Below, one piece after another: positions 1 through 8,165 of a stretch of 23,123 bases of DNA; the stretch's first letter is position 1, and each line of letters begins with the position of its first letter. Source of the stretch: a virus. Its lineage: Duplodnaviria; Heunggongvirae; Uroviricota; Caudoviricetes. A program made the translations under genes and the position numbers. The notes under the pieces were generated by a model, which saw only the letters and a program-made list of their open reading frames with translations, was not told the DNA's origin and did not search any database. The DNA lies in IMG/VR virus record IMGVR_UViG_3300032220_000751; one strand, given 5' to 3'.

Positions 1-8
1 CGCGCGAT

Positions 9-293
9 ATGGAGCAGTGGAAGAAAGAAGCTGAAGATGGCACTGGTGCTGACTTTGGTGGACTCTTACCGTTTGATCTGACTGGCAAGTACGACACGTC
101 TTTCGAGTATGCACATTTGGACGGTTGGGTTTCGCATCGAACCATCGTGCAGCCTGCTCCTGAAGGAACCATCCTGTATCACTTGATCGTAGAAGGTCCG
201 CAGAACTACTTCGTTGATGGCTACATCGTATCGTCGCTGGCGTCTCTGAAGAACTTCGACTGGACTACCTTTAAGTGGCAAGGTTTGAAGTAA
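9..293 (+). CDS. C-terminal fragment of a protein ending in a Hint-like beta domain (probably starts upstream of the window)
   Basis: The frame is open back to the window edge. LYHLIVEGPQNYFVDGYIVSS resembles the Hint C-terminal block (VYnl.V.g.hnYfanGilVHN) but lacks the terminal His-Asn. Confidence 0.45.
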   Translation: MEQWKKEAEDGTGADFGGLLPFDLTGKYDTSFEYAHLDGWVSHRTIVQPAPEGTILYHLIVEGPQNYFVDGYIVSSLASLKNFDWTTFKWQGLK

Positions 294-309
294 TTGTAAT
301 CGTGGAGGG

Positions 310-834
310 GTGACTCTCCACGATTATGACCAAGAGGAAATCATGATCGGACTTTACTACGTGACCACCAACGGTATTAACCGGGTCATTCACACGAACA
401 GTGGTACCATGCAGTTGCTTGACCGCTATACTGAACCTGATGTTAAACGGCTTCTGTATACAGGTGAAGTGCCTACATCGTTTAACTTCAATACTGCACT
501 GCGGTTCGTCTTTGATGAGATTGGTCAGTTATTGACAGAATCGTTCTTCGACTACAATGCTAATGAGCAGAGCATGCGTTGCTTCATGTTAGCTCAACGC
601 TATGCTGGATTGCAGTATTTGAACTGTAACACCAGTCGTCTGCGACATGACAGTAGTGTATCTAGCGAAGTGATTCAGAATGCCATTGACTTCTGGTATC
701 CAACCATCACAACGACTACGGATGCTACTCAATTGTCAGACTACCTGAGATACTTGTCTGAAGATGAGTTGAAGGTGTTTGACATTGCTAGGAAAGATGA
801 ATATCTTGGCATCGTTGTAGGACGGAGTATTTGA
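310..834 (+). CDS. hypothetical protein (174 aa)
   Basis: GTG start preceded by GGAGG; stop overlaps the next start (TGATG at 832-836). Confidence 0.7.
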   Translation: MTLHDYDQEEIMIGLYYVTTNGINRVIHTNSGTMQLLDRYTEPDVKRLLYTGEVPTSFNFNTALRFVFDEIGQLLTESFFDYNANEQSMRCFMLAQRYAGLQYLNCNTSRLRHDSSVSSEVIQNAIDFWYPTITTTTDATQLSDYLRYLSEDELKVFDIARKDEYLGIVVGRSI

Positions 835-1505
835 TGTGGACAATTAAACCAGAAGCCATTGAGAAATACAAGTGTCTACCTGATGAGATTTTCTTTAACT
901 ACGATCCAGAGCATCCGATTGTAGACATTGACTCAGGTGTTGATAAGAATGAGATCAAGGCATTATGTGATACGCTCTTAAAGACATCTGAGAAGGAACG
1001 CCAGTACGCACCCATCTTTACTGAAGAACAAAAACTTCATGTGAATTTGAGATTACGTACCGTGCACTATCTCTATCAGCAAGAGATGCTGGACAATAGC
1101 CCAGTAGTGCAGGCGGTTGTTAAGAAGATCATCAGCGAGATCAAAAGACATTGGGGTGTCGATGTTGAAGTTCATGATCGACCCTATGCCGCAGGTTACG
1201 CTCCTGGATTTTTCATCACAGATCATTCAGATAACTGCACAACCAAAGATGGCGTACCGATTGTAAACAACACTAAACGTAGATTCACTGCTTTGTTATA
1301 TCTCAATAGCAAAGGCATCGATTATGACGGTGGTCAATTGGACTTCCCTAGCATTCGTAATGAATCCAATGCATTACTGACTCCCAGTCACAATGCAGGT
1401 AGTTTGGTGATCTTTCCATCTAACCCATTGTTCTTGCATGGTGTGTCCAAAGTGCAATGGGGTTATCGGGTAGTGTTAGTCTCATTCTTTAGGTTAGTAG
1501 AATAG
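834..1505 (+). CDS. 2OG-Fe(II) oxygenase (prolyl-4-hydroxylase-like)
   Basis: HxD motif (TDHSD), RRFTALLYLN, YDGGQLDF, GSLVIFPS, distal His (FLHGVSKV) and 2OG-binding Arg (GYRVVL). ATG 834 is coupled to the upstream TGA. Confidence 0.9.
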   Translation: MWTIKPEAIEKYKCLPDEIFFNYDPEHPIVDIDSGVDKNEIKALCDTLLKTSEKERQYAPIFTEEQKLHVNLRLRTVHYLYQQEMLDNSPVVQAVVKKIISEIKRHWGVDVEVHDRPYAAGYAPGFFITDHSDNCTTKDGVPIVNNTKRRFTALLYLNSKGIDYDGGQLDFPSIRNESNALLTPSHNAGSLVIFPSNPLFLHGVSKVQWGYRVVLVSFFRLVE

Positions 1506-1556
1506 TAACATTCTACAGACATCCTATATCTAGTAGCACTTAAGTAGGAGGTCGCC

Positions 1557-1769
1557 ATGAGACTCTTCCGTGAATACAGCTTTGGCAAAGCCGACGATTA
1601 CAATCCGTTTCGTCTACCTACCGAAGAAGACGTAGTGAACGCTGAATACAATGGCATGGTTAAAGGCGCGCTGTACACCTTAGCCGCAGTCACTGCCATT
1701 GCTTCTACCATTACGATTGTTCGTAATTTCAAGAGCTTAAAGAAGAAAGCTAAGAAGTTACTGAACTAA
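1557..1769 (+). CDS. small single-TM hypothetical protein
   Basis: AGGAGG RBS; hydrophobic stretch GALYTLAAVTAIASTITIV followed by a Lys-rich tail. Confidence 0.75.
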   Translation: MRLFREYSFGKADDYNPFRLPTEEDVVNAEYNGMVKGALYTLAAVTAIASTITIVRNFKSLKKKAKKLLN

Positions 1770-1778
1770 GGACATATT

Positions 1779-1802
1779 AGCCCAGGGAATAATCCCTGGG
1801 CT
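1779..1802 (+). terminator. hairpin, putative terminator
   Basis: AGCCCAGGGA-ATAA-TCCCTGGGCT (10-bp stem), followed by TTATGCCG. Confidence 0.7.
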
Positions 1803-1833
1803 TTATGCCGTCAAATACCTCATTCTAAATAAT

Positions 1834-1849
1834 TTCAGATCTATATAAC
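1834..1849 (+). promoter_or_regulatory. putative phage early promoter motif
   Basis: TTCAGATCTATATAAC; 15/16 identical to 3677-3692; intergenic after a terminator-like hairpin. Confidence 0.5.
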
Positions 1850-1896
1850 TGGCATGAATAAGAAAGAATAATCGATCTTAAATATGGAGAATTACC

Positions 1897-2031
1897 ATGA
1901 ACAAGAAGACCAATCAAGTCAAGAAAGAATCCAAAATGTCCCTCGCGGGTGTTTTGGTTTTCATCGCAGTCGGCGCACTGCTCTCGCCGATGTTCAAGCG
2001 TGAAAAAGCTGCCAAGAAGCAAGTCAAGTAA
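1897..2031 (+). CDS. 44-aa single-TM peptide (not in ORF track)
   Basis: GGAG RBS; MNKKTNQVKKESKMSLAGVLVFIAVGALLSPMFKREKAAKKQVK. Confidence 0.7.
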   Translation: MNKKTNQVKKESKMSLAGVLVFIAVGALLSPMFKREKAAKKQVK

Positions 2032-2071
2032 AACAACCCACTGAAGTACCTATTCACTAAGGAGAAACACC

Positions 2072-2311
2072 ATGCACAAAACCACCCAACAAATGCACGC
2101 CGACATCTTCGCCGCAGCTGCCACCACCTTCGGTCCCAACAGTCCCATGAATCAGAAGCTGCGTGAAGATCTGGGCAAGGCCGCCAAGGCACATGACGAC
2201 ATCGTCAAGCAGCAACGCCGTCGCAACCTCATCACCGGCACCGTCGTCGCTGCAGTCGTGACTGCTGTGGCTGGCGCAACGCTGTACAAGAAGTACGCCA
2301 TCACTCAATAA
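2072..2311 (+). CDS. small protein with C-terminal TM helix
   Basis: AAGGAG RBS; helical N-terminus then LITGTVVAAVVTAVAGATLY. Confidence 0.8.
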   Translation: MHKTTQQMHADIFAAAATTFGPNSPMNQKLREDLGKAAKAHDDIVKQQRRRNLITGTVVAAVVTAVAGATLYKKYAITQ

Positions 2312-2320
2312 GTGACGCTT

Positions 2321-2348
2321 AGTAGAGGATTCTTCGGAGTCTTCTACT
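2321..2348 (+). terminator. hairpin with C(UUCG)G tetraloop
   Basis: AGTAGAGGATTC-TTCG-GAGTCTTCTACT, 12 bp including 2 G:U pairs. Confidence 0.65.
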
Positions 2349-2405
2349 GAGCTATCATTTTCACACTAAGAACAATACATCATCATTTATTCGAAAGGAA
2401 CTATC

Positions 2406-2609
2406 ATGAACTATACTGAATACGAAGCAAGCCGTGAAGCCATCCGTCAAGCTGAAGCAGCTGAACGTCAACGTCGCCTCAATCGCCATTCCGATCAACG
2501 CGAGTGGAATGAAATGATGGATCGCCAAGCAGCTGAGCGTGATCGTGCTGTGATGTTTGGCGTGGTCGTCGGTATCGCCCTGCTGGTGCTGCTCAAGCGC
2601 CGTAAGTAA
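2406..2609 (+). CDS. small protein with C-terminal TM helix
   Basis: AAAGGA RBS; charged coiled-coil then AVMFGVVVGIALLVLL-KRRK. Confidence 0.8.
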   Translation: MNYTEYEASREAIRQAEAAERQRRLNRHSDQREWNEMMDRQAAERDRAVMFGVVVGIALLVLLKRRK

Positions 2610-2642
2610 TTCCCCTTAACCTCTCACTTAATGGAGAACATC

Positions 2643-2876
2643 ATGAACGAAGAACAAAAGAAAGATCTGGACATCGAAATCAACCGCATCTCCAAGGAGA
2701 TCACCGATGAGATGGTCAAGAAGGCGAACGAGCTGATCGTCCAAGAACGCAAGAAGTTCTTCAAGCGTCAGATGATCGTGCTCGGCACGCTGACGGTCGT
2801 TGCCGTCGGCCTGAACATCGCTGTGGCTCGTGGCTGGCTTGGTAAGGATGTTGACGTCGAGTCCATCACCCAGTAA
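2643..2876 (+). CDS. small protein with C-terminal TM helix
   Basis: GGAG at 2633-2636 favours ATG 2643 over 2631; MIVLGTLTVVAVGLNIAVA. Confidence 0.75.
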   Translation: MNEEQKKDLDIEINRISKEITDEMVKKANELIVQERKKFFKRQMIVLGTLTVVAVGLNIAVARGWLGKDVDVESITQ

Positions 2877-2884
2877 GATCCAAC

Positions 2885-2906
2885 CCCTAGGTCATGTGAC
2901 CTAGGG
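2885..2906. terminator. intergenic hairpin
   Basis: CCCTAGGTC-ATGT-GACCTAGGG perfect inverted repeat. Confidence 0.55.
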
Positions 2907-2945
2907 TACAATAGACTAAGTACAATAATCGAAAGGGTATTCATC

Positions 2946-3218
2946 ATGAAAAAGACTTACAACACCGCTAAGAAGATCAACAGTGCTGTCCGTACCGCTC
3001 GTGCAATGCGTGAACTCGCCACCTGCGTCGGTACCCTGGCTGGCGCGGCTACCGGTCACTATCTGGCTCGCGACAAGTCCGAAGCCGCCAACCAAGGTTA
3101 TGCATTGGGTGGTGCATTGATTGGCACGATCGTCGGTCGCGTTATCGGTACCCGCATGGCCACCAACAAGCTGAAGAACACCGCAGTCGAGATGTTCGTA
3201 AACGAATTCAACTTCTGA
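2946..3218 (+). CDS. glycine-zipper two-helix membrane protein
   Basis: GTLAGAATG ... GYALGGALIGTIVGRVIG (GxxxG repeats). Confidence 0.75.
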   Translation: MKKTYNTAKKINSAVRTARAMRELATCVGTLAGAATGHYLARDKSEAANQGYALGGALIGTIVGRVIGTRMATNKLKNTAVEMFVNEFNF

Positions 3219-3278
3219 ACCGCAGTTGCAGTAAAGACAAATAACAACACTATCACACTTTTGTAAAGGAGAATTACC

Positions 3279-3671
3279 ATGACTCACAAGACCCACCCCG
3301 CAGCCTACAATTTCATCGCCAATGTCGTTCGTAACTCCATCGTCGAGATGGCAGCCAATGGCATGGAGATCACCCCCGAGATCATCGAGGCTGCAGATGC
3401 AGAAATGGATCGTCTGAAAGAAAAGATCGACATCCGCAGCAAGATCATCACCGACTTCACCAAGAAGGTGCAGCTGTTCCGTGAAGTGGCCAGCCATCCG
3501 AATGGTCGTAACCTCGACCATCTGCAAGTGTTGCGTGATGACATGCGCAACATCGCAGCATGCGCCACTGACGTCGTCTCGAAAGCGACCATGGATGAGA
3601 TGGTGGCGGACGCGGATAAGATGATCCAGGCCATGAAAATCACTTTGTCCTTCCAAGGACGTCGATCCTAA
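3279..3671 (+). CDS. hypothetical helical protein (130 aa)
   Basis: AAAGGAG RBS; C-ending codon bias like its neighbours. Confidence 0.8.
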   Translation: MTHKTHPAAYNFIANVVRNSIVEMAANGMEITPEIIEAADAEMDRLKEKIDIRSKIITDFTKKVQLFREVASHPNGRNLDHLQVLRDDMRNIAACATDVVSKATMDEMVADADKMIQAMKITLSFQGRRS

Positions 3672-3676
3672 ATATA

Positions 3677-3692
3677 TTCAGATCTATATTAC
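3677..3692 (+). promoter_or_regulatory. putative phage early promoter motif
   Basis: TTCAGATCTATATTAC in a 219-nt AT-rich intergenic region; contains TATTAC, the core reported for phiKZ early promoters. Confidence 0.55.
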
Positions 3693-3890
3693 TTACTTGA
3701 GATATAGTAGTAATAAGGTCTGAATAACCTTTAATATCCCTTGCGCTGAATACCCCTCTTAACTAAAGAGTGATTTCAGCCCAAGGATGCTGTAGTCACA
3801 TTTTAGTTTAAGAGGGAAGTCTATTGACTTAACCTGTTTTTCTTTTGTGATAATCTTCTTAATCGTAGCAAGAATAAAGGAGCAGTAATT

Positions 3891-4343
3891 ATGGAACAGC
3901 AAGAACAAGCAGAACAGCAAGAACAAGCGCAAAAGATCGTTACCTGCACCTGCGGCAAGTGCGGTAAGCTCGAAGCATTCGAGATCGGCTCGGCGAAGTA
4001 CGTCGCAGCCATGACCGACCGTGATGTCCGCCAGAAGATCATCAAGATGACGCCGTTCCTGGGTGTGACCACCGGCGCCATCATCTACGCCATGGGCGGT
4101 GTCGTCATCGGCGGCATCGGTGACTTCTTCGGTCTGAAGAAAGAAGGTATCTCCCTGGCCAAGCTGGGCATGATGCTGGGTGTCTTCGCTGGCGGTGCAC
4201 GTGGTCATACTCTGGCCAAGCGCTCCGTGAAGGAAAACGAAGTCAACTACGATCGTCTGCTCTACGTCTGCGAAGAGTGCGATTATCTGGCCTACCACAA
4301 CGCCGAGAAGTACAACACCTTCGGCATGGGTAGTATCCAGTAA
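3891..4343 (+). CDS. Zn-ribbon + glycine-zipper membrane protein (paralogue 1)
   Basis: N-terminal CTCGKC, central Gly-rich hydrophobic hairpin, C-terminal CEEC; AAAGGAG RBS. Confidence 0.8.
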   Translation: MEQQEQAEQQEQAQKIVTCTCGKCGKLEAFEIGSAKYVAAMTDRDVRQKIIKMTPFLGVTTGAIIYAMGGVVIGGIGDFFGLKKEGISLAKLGMMLGVFAGGARGHTLAKRSVKENEVNYDRLLYVCEECDYLAYHNAEKYNTFGMGSIQ

Positions 4344-4423
4344 CAGATTCATCCTGACGACTGTCCAGGTAACGACAGTCACATTCTCTTTCATCGTTGT
4401 ACCTATTCATTAAAGGAAATATC

Positions 4424-4732
4424 ATGTCCAAGACTTCCAACAACCTGCTGCCCGTCAAGTTCGCCGCTTTCAACTCCGCCGTCTCCGGTGCTTCCTTCGT
4501 CTCCGGCTACGTCGCCACCAAGCTGCTGGCTGACCAGTCCCTCGATCCCAAGGACATCGCTCGCAAGACCGGCATTGCCGCTGGTGTGGGTGCCATCTCC
4601 GGCCTGATCATCGGCACCGCCCTCTGGTTCGCCACCCGTCACGACGAAGTCAAGGACGCCAAGAAGGCCAAGGCTGACGCGGACTTCCAGGCCGGTATCG
4701 AACCGACTGCCGCTGCATCGACCGAGCAGTAA
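4424..4732 (+). CDS. Ala/Gly-rich glycine-zipper membrane protein
   Basis: AAAGGA RBS favours ATG 4424; GIAAGVGAISGLIIGTALW; very strong C-ending codon bias. Confidence 0.8.
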   Translation: MSKTSNNLLPVKFAAFNSAVSGASFVSGYVATKLLADQSLDPKDIARKTGIAAGVGAISGLIIGTALWFATRHDEVKDAKKAKADADFQAGIEPTAAASTEQ

Positions 4733-4740
4733 GCAGTCAG

Positions 4741-4777
4741 ATCAGTCAGCTGGGTATAGGAGCCACAGCTGACTGAT
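4741..4777. terminator. intergenic hairpin (12-bp stem)
   Basis: ATCAGTCAGCTG-GGTATAGGAGCCA-CAGCTGACTGAT. Confidence 0.55.
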
Positions 4778-4837
4778 GTAATACCCGTAGTAAACTAGCT
4801 AGTTACACAACACTCATTACACTGAAAAGGATTTACC

Positions 4838-5161
4838 ATGAAACTGATCACCAAGACCTCCGCCGCCACTACCGTGACCACCGCTGCATCCGCTGCTGCC
4901 TACCTGTTCCATCGTCGCATGGCTGATGAGAACGCCACCGCCCTGGACGTCAAGGAAGGCGCCAAGCTGGCCGGTCTGGCCATGGCCGTCGGTATCGGTG
5001 CTGGCGCTGGTGTGCGTGGCGTGCAAGCCATCATCGGCCTGTTCAAGAAGAAGGAACCGCAAGTCGTGCAAGCCGCAGCCCAGGCCGTCAGCGAGACCGC
5101 TGAACAAGTCAAGGACGCCGCTGACGCCGTGGCACAAGAAGCCAACGACGCTCAGCAGTAA
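4838..5161 (+). CDS. Ala-rich glycine-zipper membrane protein
   Basis: AAAAGGA RBS; LAGLAMAVGIGAGAGVRG; strong codon bias. Confidence 0.8.
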   Translation: MKLITKTSAATTVTTAASAAAYLFHRRMADENATALDVKEGAKLAGLAMAVGIGAGAGVRGVQAIIGLFKKKEPQVVQAAAQAVSETAEQVKDAADAVAQEANDAQQ

Positions 5162-5172
5162 CCTGTAAGTGG

Positions 5173-5198
5173 AAGATCCCCTATTACTAGGGGGTCTT
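5173..5198 (+). terminator. hairpin, putative terminator
   Basis: AAGATCCCCTA-TTAC-TAGGGGGTCTT followed by TCTT. Confidence 0.6.
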
Positions 5199-5270
5199 TC
5201 TTAGCTTTCCATGATGAGAGTTAAGAAAGACCAATAACAATATATTCTAATCTTTAATAAAGGAAACATC

Positions 5271-5702
5271 ATGCTGATCAACAACCAAAACGTTACTCAG
5301 TTCTACTGCACCTGCTGCGCTAAGGATGTACCGCAGTCTCAAGTCAAGAAGATGGCTGTGACTGAACACAAGCGCCGTGTCAACGAGATGCATCAAACGG
5401 CTGACAGCTGGAGTGGTAAGATGTTCTGGTTCGGCGTGGAAGCTGGCGCTATCTTCTCGGGTATCTCCATGAAGAAAAGCGAAAGCTTCCAAGGCGCTGG
5501 CAAGAAGCTCGTCATGGGCTTGGGTGCTGGTGGTCTGGTTGGTCTGGTCATGGGTAAGGTGACTGCTCCCATGATCTCCAAGAACATCCACAAGGATGTG
5601 AATCGTATCGATGTGATCTGCGAAGATTGCTTCGGTAAGGGTCACACTGTCAACGACCTCACCGGTCAACCGCAATACAGCTTTGCTCGTCGTCCGTACT
5701 AA
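5271..5702 (+). CDS. Zn-ribbon + glycine-zipper membrane protein (paralogue 2)
   Basis: CTCC ... GVEAGAIFSG ... GLGAGGLVGLVMG ... CEDC. Confidence 0.8.
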   Translation: MLINNQNVTQFYCTCCAKDVPQSQVKKMAVTEHKRRVNEMHQTADSWSGKMFWFGVEAGAIFSGISMKKSESFQGAGKKLVMGLGAGGLVGLVMGKVTAPMISKNIHKDVNRIDVICEDCFGKGHTVNDLTGQPQYSFARRPY

Positions 5703-5738
5703 TCCCCTGTTGTATCAACTCCCTAGAAAGGAACTATC

Positions 5739-6050
5739 ATGTCCGTGAAAGAAATCACCACCAAGATCACCTCCAAGATCTCCCGCGAAGCCAAGACCGG
5801 TGCTGCTTATGGCGCCTGGATCGGTGGTAGCACTGCAGTCAAGCTGCTCGCACTCAAGGTCTCCGGCAAGCTGGAAGAAACCGAGATGGCCGACACCTCC
5901 TACGGCAAGGTCGCCAAGACCGGTGCCATCGTGGCCGTCGGTGCGATCGCCGTCGGCGCTACCACCGGTGCCATCTACGGCGGCATCAAGAAGTTCTTCA
6001 AGGCCCGTGCCGAGAAGAAGGAAGTCAAGTCGGAACAGGCTCCGGCCTGA
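5739..6050 (+). CDS. glycine-zipper two-helix membrane protein
   Basis: GAAYGAWIGG ... GAIVAVGAIAVGATTGAIYGG; AAAGGA RBS. Confidence 0.8.
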   Translation: MSVKEITTKITSKISREAKTGAAYGAWIGGSTAVKLLALKVSGKLEETEMADTSYGKVAKTGAIVAVGAIAVGATTGAIYGGIKKFFKARAEKKEVKSEQAPA

Positions 6051-6072
6051 GCAGTAAGTAACACCCCCGTAA

Positions 6073-6098
6073 ATGTGATGCCCTCACGGGCATCACAT
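6073..6098 (+). terminator. hairpin, putative terminator
   Basis: ATGTGATGCCC-TCAC-GGGCATCACAT, with TTTT shortly downstream. Confidence 0.65.
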
Positions 6099-6130
6099 CC
6101 CCTTTTGTCTCTTACTTAATGGAGATTACT

Positions 6131-6499
6131 ATGGTTGAAATGATCACCCAACAAACCTGCACTTGCTGCGGTAAGAAGTTCTCGGCAACCCACTCTGATA
6201 AGATCATCGATGCTCAGCCTCGTGACTACGTCAGTCCGGTGGTTAATGCCGGTGGTCTCGCTGGCGCGCTCGTCGGTGCGACCATGGTCTACAAGACCCG
6301 TGATGTCAACAACATCGGCACTGGTTTCAAGCTGGGTTGTGGCATGCTGGTCGGTGCACTCATCATGAGTTGCGTTGGTGAAGTTGTTGCACGCCCTCTG
6401 GGTTGGTTGATGCAGAACACTTTGCCTCAGCCCAAGCCGGAACTGCTGTACTGCTGCAAAGATTGCGAAGCGTTCTATCAAACGCACAGCGACGAGTAA
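6131..6499 (+). CDS. Zn-ribbon + glycine-zipper membrane protein (paralogue 3)
   Basis: GGAG at 6121 favours ATG 6131; CTCC ... GGLAGALVGA ... GCGMLVGA ... CCKDC. Confidence 0.8.
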   Translation: MVEMITQQTCTCCGKKFSATHSDKIIDAQPRDYVSPVVNAGGLAGALVGATMVYKTRDVNNIGTGFKLGCGMLVGALIMSCVGEVVARPLGWLMQNTLPQPKPELLYCCKDCEAFYQTHSDE

Positions 6500-6557
6500 T
6501 ACCCCATTCGCCTATAAGGCGCCTTAGTTAAGTTTCACTTATGTACCCGGAGGATGT

Positions 6558-6827
6558 ATGACTGTTTATGATTTCAAGAATTTCAAGAAGGCCAGCCCGT
6601 TCACCAAGCGCGTCAAGCGTATCAAGGTCACCGCTCAAGGTGGTCTGATGGTCGGTGCAGGCGTTGGTCTGGCTGCAGCATTCAACCAAGCCTACCGTAA
6701 CAACGGTGGTATGTCGTTGGGTACTTTGGTCGACACAGCTTACCATGGCATGTTCATGGGTGTGATCGGTGGTGTGATGGGTCATTTCATCGGTGGTGCC
6801 ATCGAACACGGTCCGAAGCGTCGTTAA
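6558..6827 (+). CDS. glycine-zipper two-helix membrane protein
   Basis: GGAGG RBS; GGLMVGAGVGLAAA ... GMFMGVIGGVMGHFIGG. Confidence 0.8.
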   Translation: MTVYDFKNFKKASPFTKRVKRIKVTAQGGLMVGAGVGLAAAFNQAYRNNGGMSLGTLVDTAYHGMFMGVIGGVMGHFIGGAIEHGPKRR

Positions 6828-6838
6828 GAGTGTCTTTT

Positions 6839-6865
6839 TACATGGAGGGTTAAACCCTCCATGTA
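6839..6865. terminator. hairpin closing the membrane-gene cluster
   Basis: TACATGGAGGGT-TAA-ACCCTCCATGTA (12-bp perfect stem), T-run downstream. Confidence 0.65.
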
Positions 6866-6896
6866 GAGATAACATTCTTTTTTAGTCTTTAAATAG

Positions 6897-6913
6897 TTTC
6901 ACAAACATATCAC
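6897..6913 (+). promoter_or_regulatory. possible third copy of the early-promoter-like motif
   Basis: TTTCA-CAAAC-ATATCAC has the same TTCA-N5-ATAT.AC spacing as 1834 and 3677. Confidence 0.3.
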
Positions 6914-6927
6914 TAAAAGGAGTCATC

Positions 6928-7278
6928 ATGTTTAATCAAACTGAACGCATCAACAACGTTTTCCATGTCATGGAGATGGTGCGAATGGTGGCATCGCGTG
7001 ACTCGCGCTACGTCCATGAGAAACACGTGGTGGAGTTTGATCTCACGTTGTGTACGTCGGCTATGATCCCCGTCATGACCATCTCTTTGCAACACCAGCA
7101 CCACCCCAAGGTCATGGTGGCTTTGCAATTGGATTACAGTCGCGAAGACTTTGCGGTTGGTACTCTGGGTGGTTTTGTCTTTCAACAAGACAACGACGTT
7201 GGTCGCATTTCGTTGCCAGATGTACCTCACTACATCCTGGACACTCTTTACAATAAAGTCAAGGAAGGAAACACCTGA
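6928..7278 (+). CDS. hypothetical protein (116 aa)
   Basis: AAAAGGAG RBS; stop coupled to the next start (TGATG). Confidence 0.75.
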   Translation: MFNQTERINNVFHVMEMVRMVASRDSRYVHEKHVVEFDLTLCTSAMIPVMTISLQHQHHPKVMVALQLDYSREDFAVGTLGGFVFQQDNDVGRISLPDVPHYILDTLYNKVKEGNT

Positions 7279-7664
7279 TGGGCATTACACTTCATTCACA
7301 CGCACTGGATGTGTCTGACAGCATCTTGCTGGTCAGCTTGTTCATGCGGGACTTCGATGCACTGCTGTGGGATGACAAGACTATCGTCGCCCACAAGTAT
7401 CGGACCCGCATTCAGTTCAACGAGGATCGTGGCCATAAGGTCATCGAATGCCTCTTGTACGAACGTGCCACCAATGAAATCCTGGACCGCGTCTCCTTCA
7501 GTCTGCATCCCCGTGAAGGTAAGGTGCGTTCGACCCAGGTCTCCGACAACAGGCGTGTCGATATCGACATCGTAGATCACACGGTCGCATTCGTGGTCTA
7601 CAATTCCTTCAAATCCGCAATCCGTCTGCATGAAGAAAAGCAGACGACTGACTCAGAGGAGTAG
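7278..7664 (+). CDS. hypothetical protein (128 aa)
   Basis: Translationally coupled, co-oriented ORF. Confidence 0.75.
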   Translation: MGITLHSHALDVSDSILLVSLFMRDFDALLWDDKTIVAHKYRTRIQFNEDRGHKVIECLLYERATNEILDRVSFSLHPREGKVRSTQVSDNRRVDIDIVDHTVAFVVYNSFKSAIRLHEEKQTTDSEE

Positions 7665-7666
7665 AC

Positions 7667-8131
7667 ATGCAAATCTACATGCAAGGTTGGATCACGGTGT
7701 TTCAGGTGCTGCTGAGTGAGTTGAAGTATGCGGCGGTGAACTACAACGCCAAGTATCTGAATGATCGACGTCTCTATGTCGATATGGGTAATGTCGATTC
7801 CACATCGACTGAACATGCTGGACTGCACTGGATGAATATCCGCCTGTACGATCGTGATAAGACTGCGATCGTTCAAGTCATCACCGATCATGAAGGTCAT
7901 TACGTCTCGTTTACCGGGGTGTCTGATCATCTGGGTGGCGGCTGCTATGACCCTGAAACCATGGAACGTAAGTGGACTATGGGTGAGTTGCCAGAAGTTG
8001 CCCGTCGGATTGCTAAGTTCCTTGAAACTGCAGTCATCGAACACCCCATCGTGCGTAAGTCATTCTACACGGAACTGGATATATTCGGTTCCAAAGCCAT
8101 TATCAAGGATGGCATGCCTGACGGTGTCTGA
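7667..8131 (+). CDS. hypothetical protein (154 aa)
   Basis: GAGGAG RBS; abuts the previous stop. Confidence 0.75.
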   Translation: MQIYMQGWITVFQVLLSELKYAAVNYNAKYLNDRRLYVDMGNVDSTSTEHAGLHWMNIRLYDRDKTAIVQVITDHEGHYVSFTGVSDHLGGGCYDPETMERKWTMGELPEVARRIAKFLETAVIEHPIVRKSFYTELDIFGSKAIIKDGMPDGV

Positions 8132-8165
8132 AGTATAACCAACTGATTCACAAACGGAGAACAAA

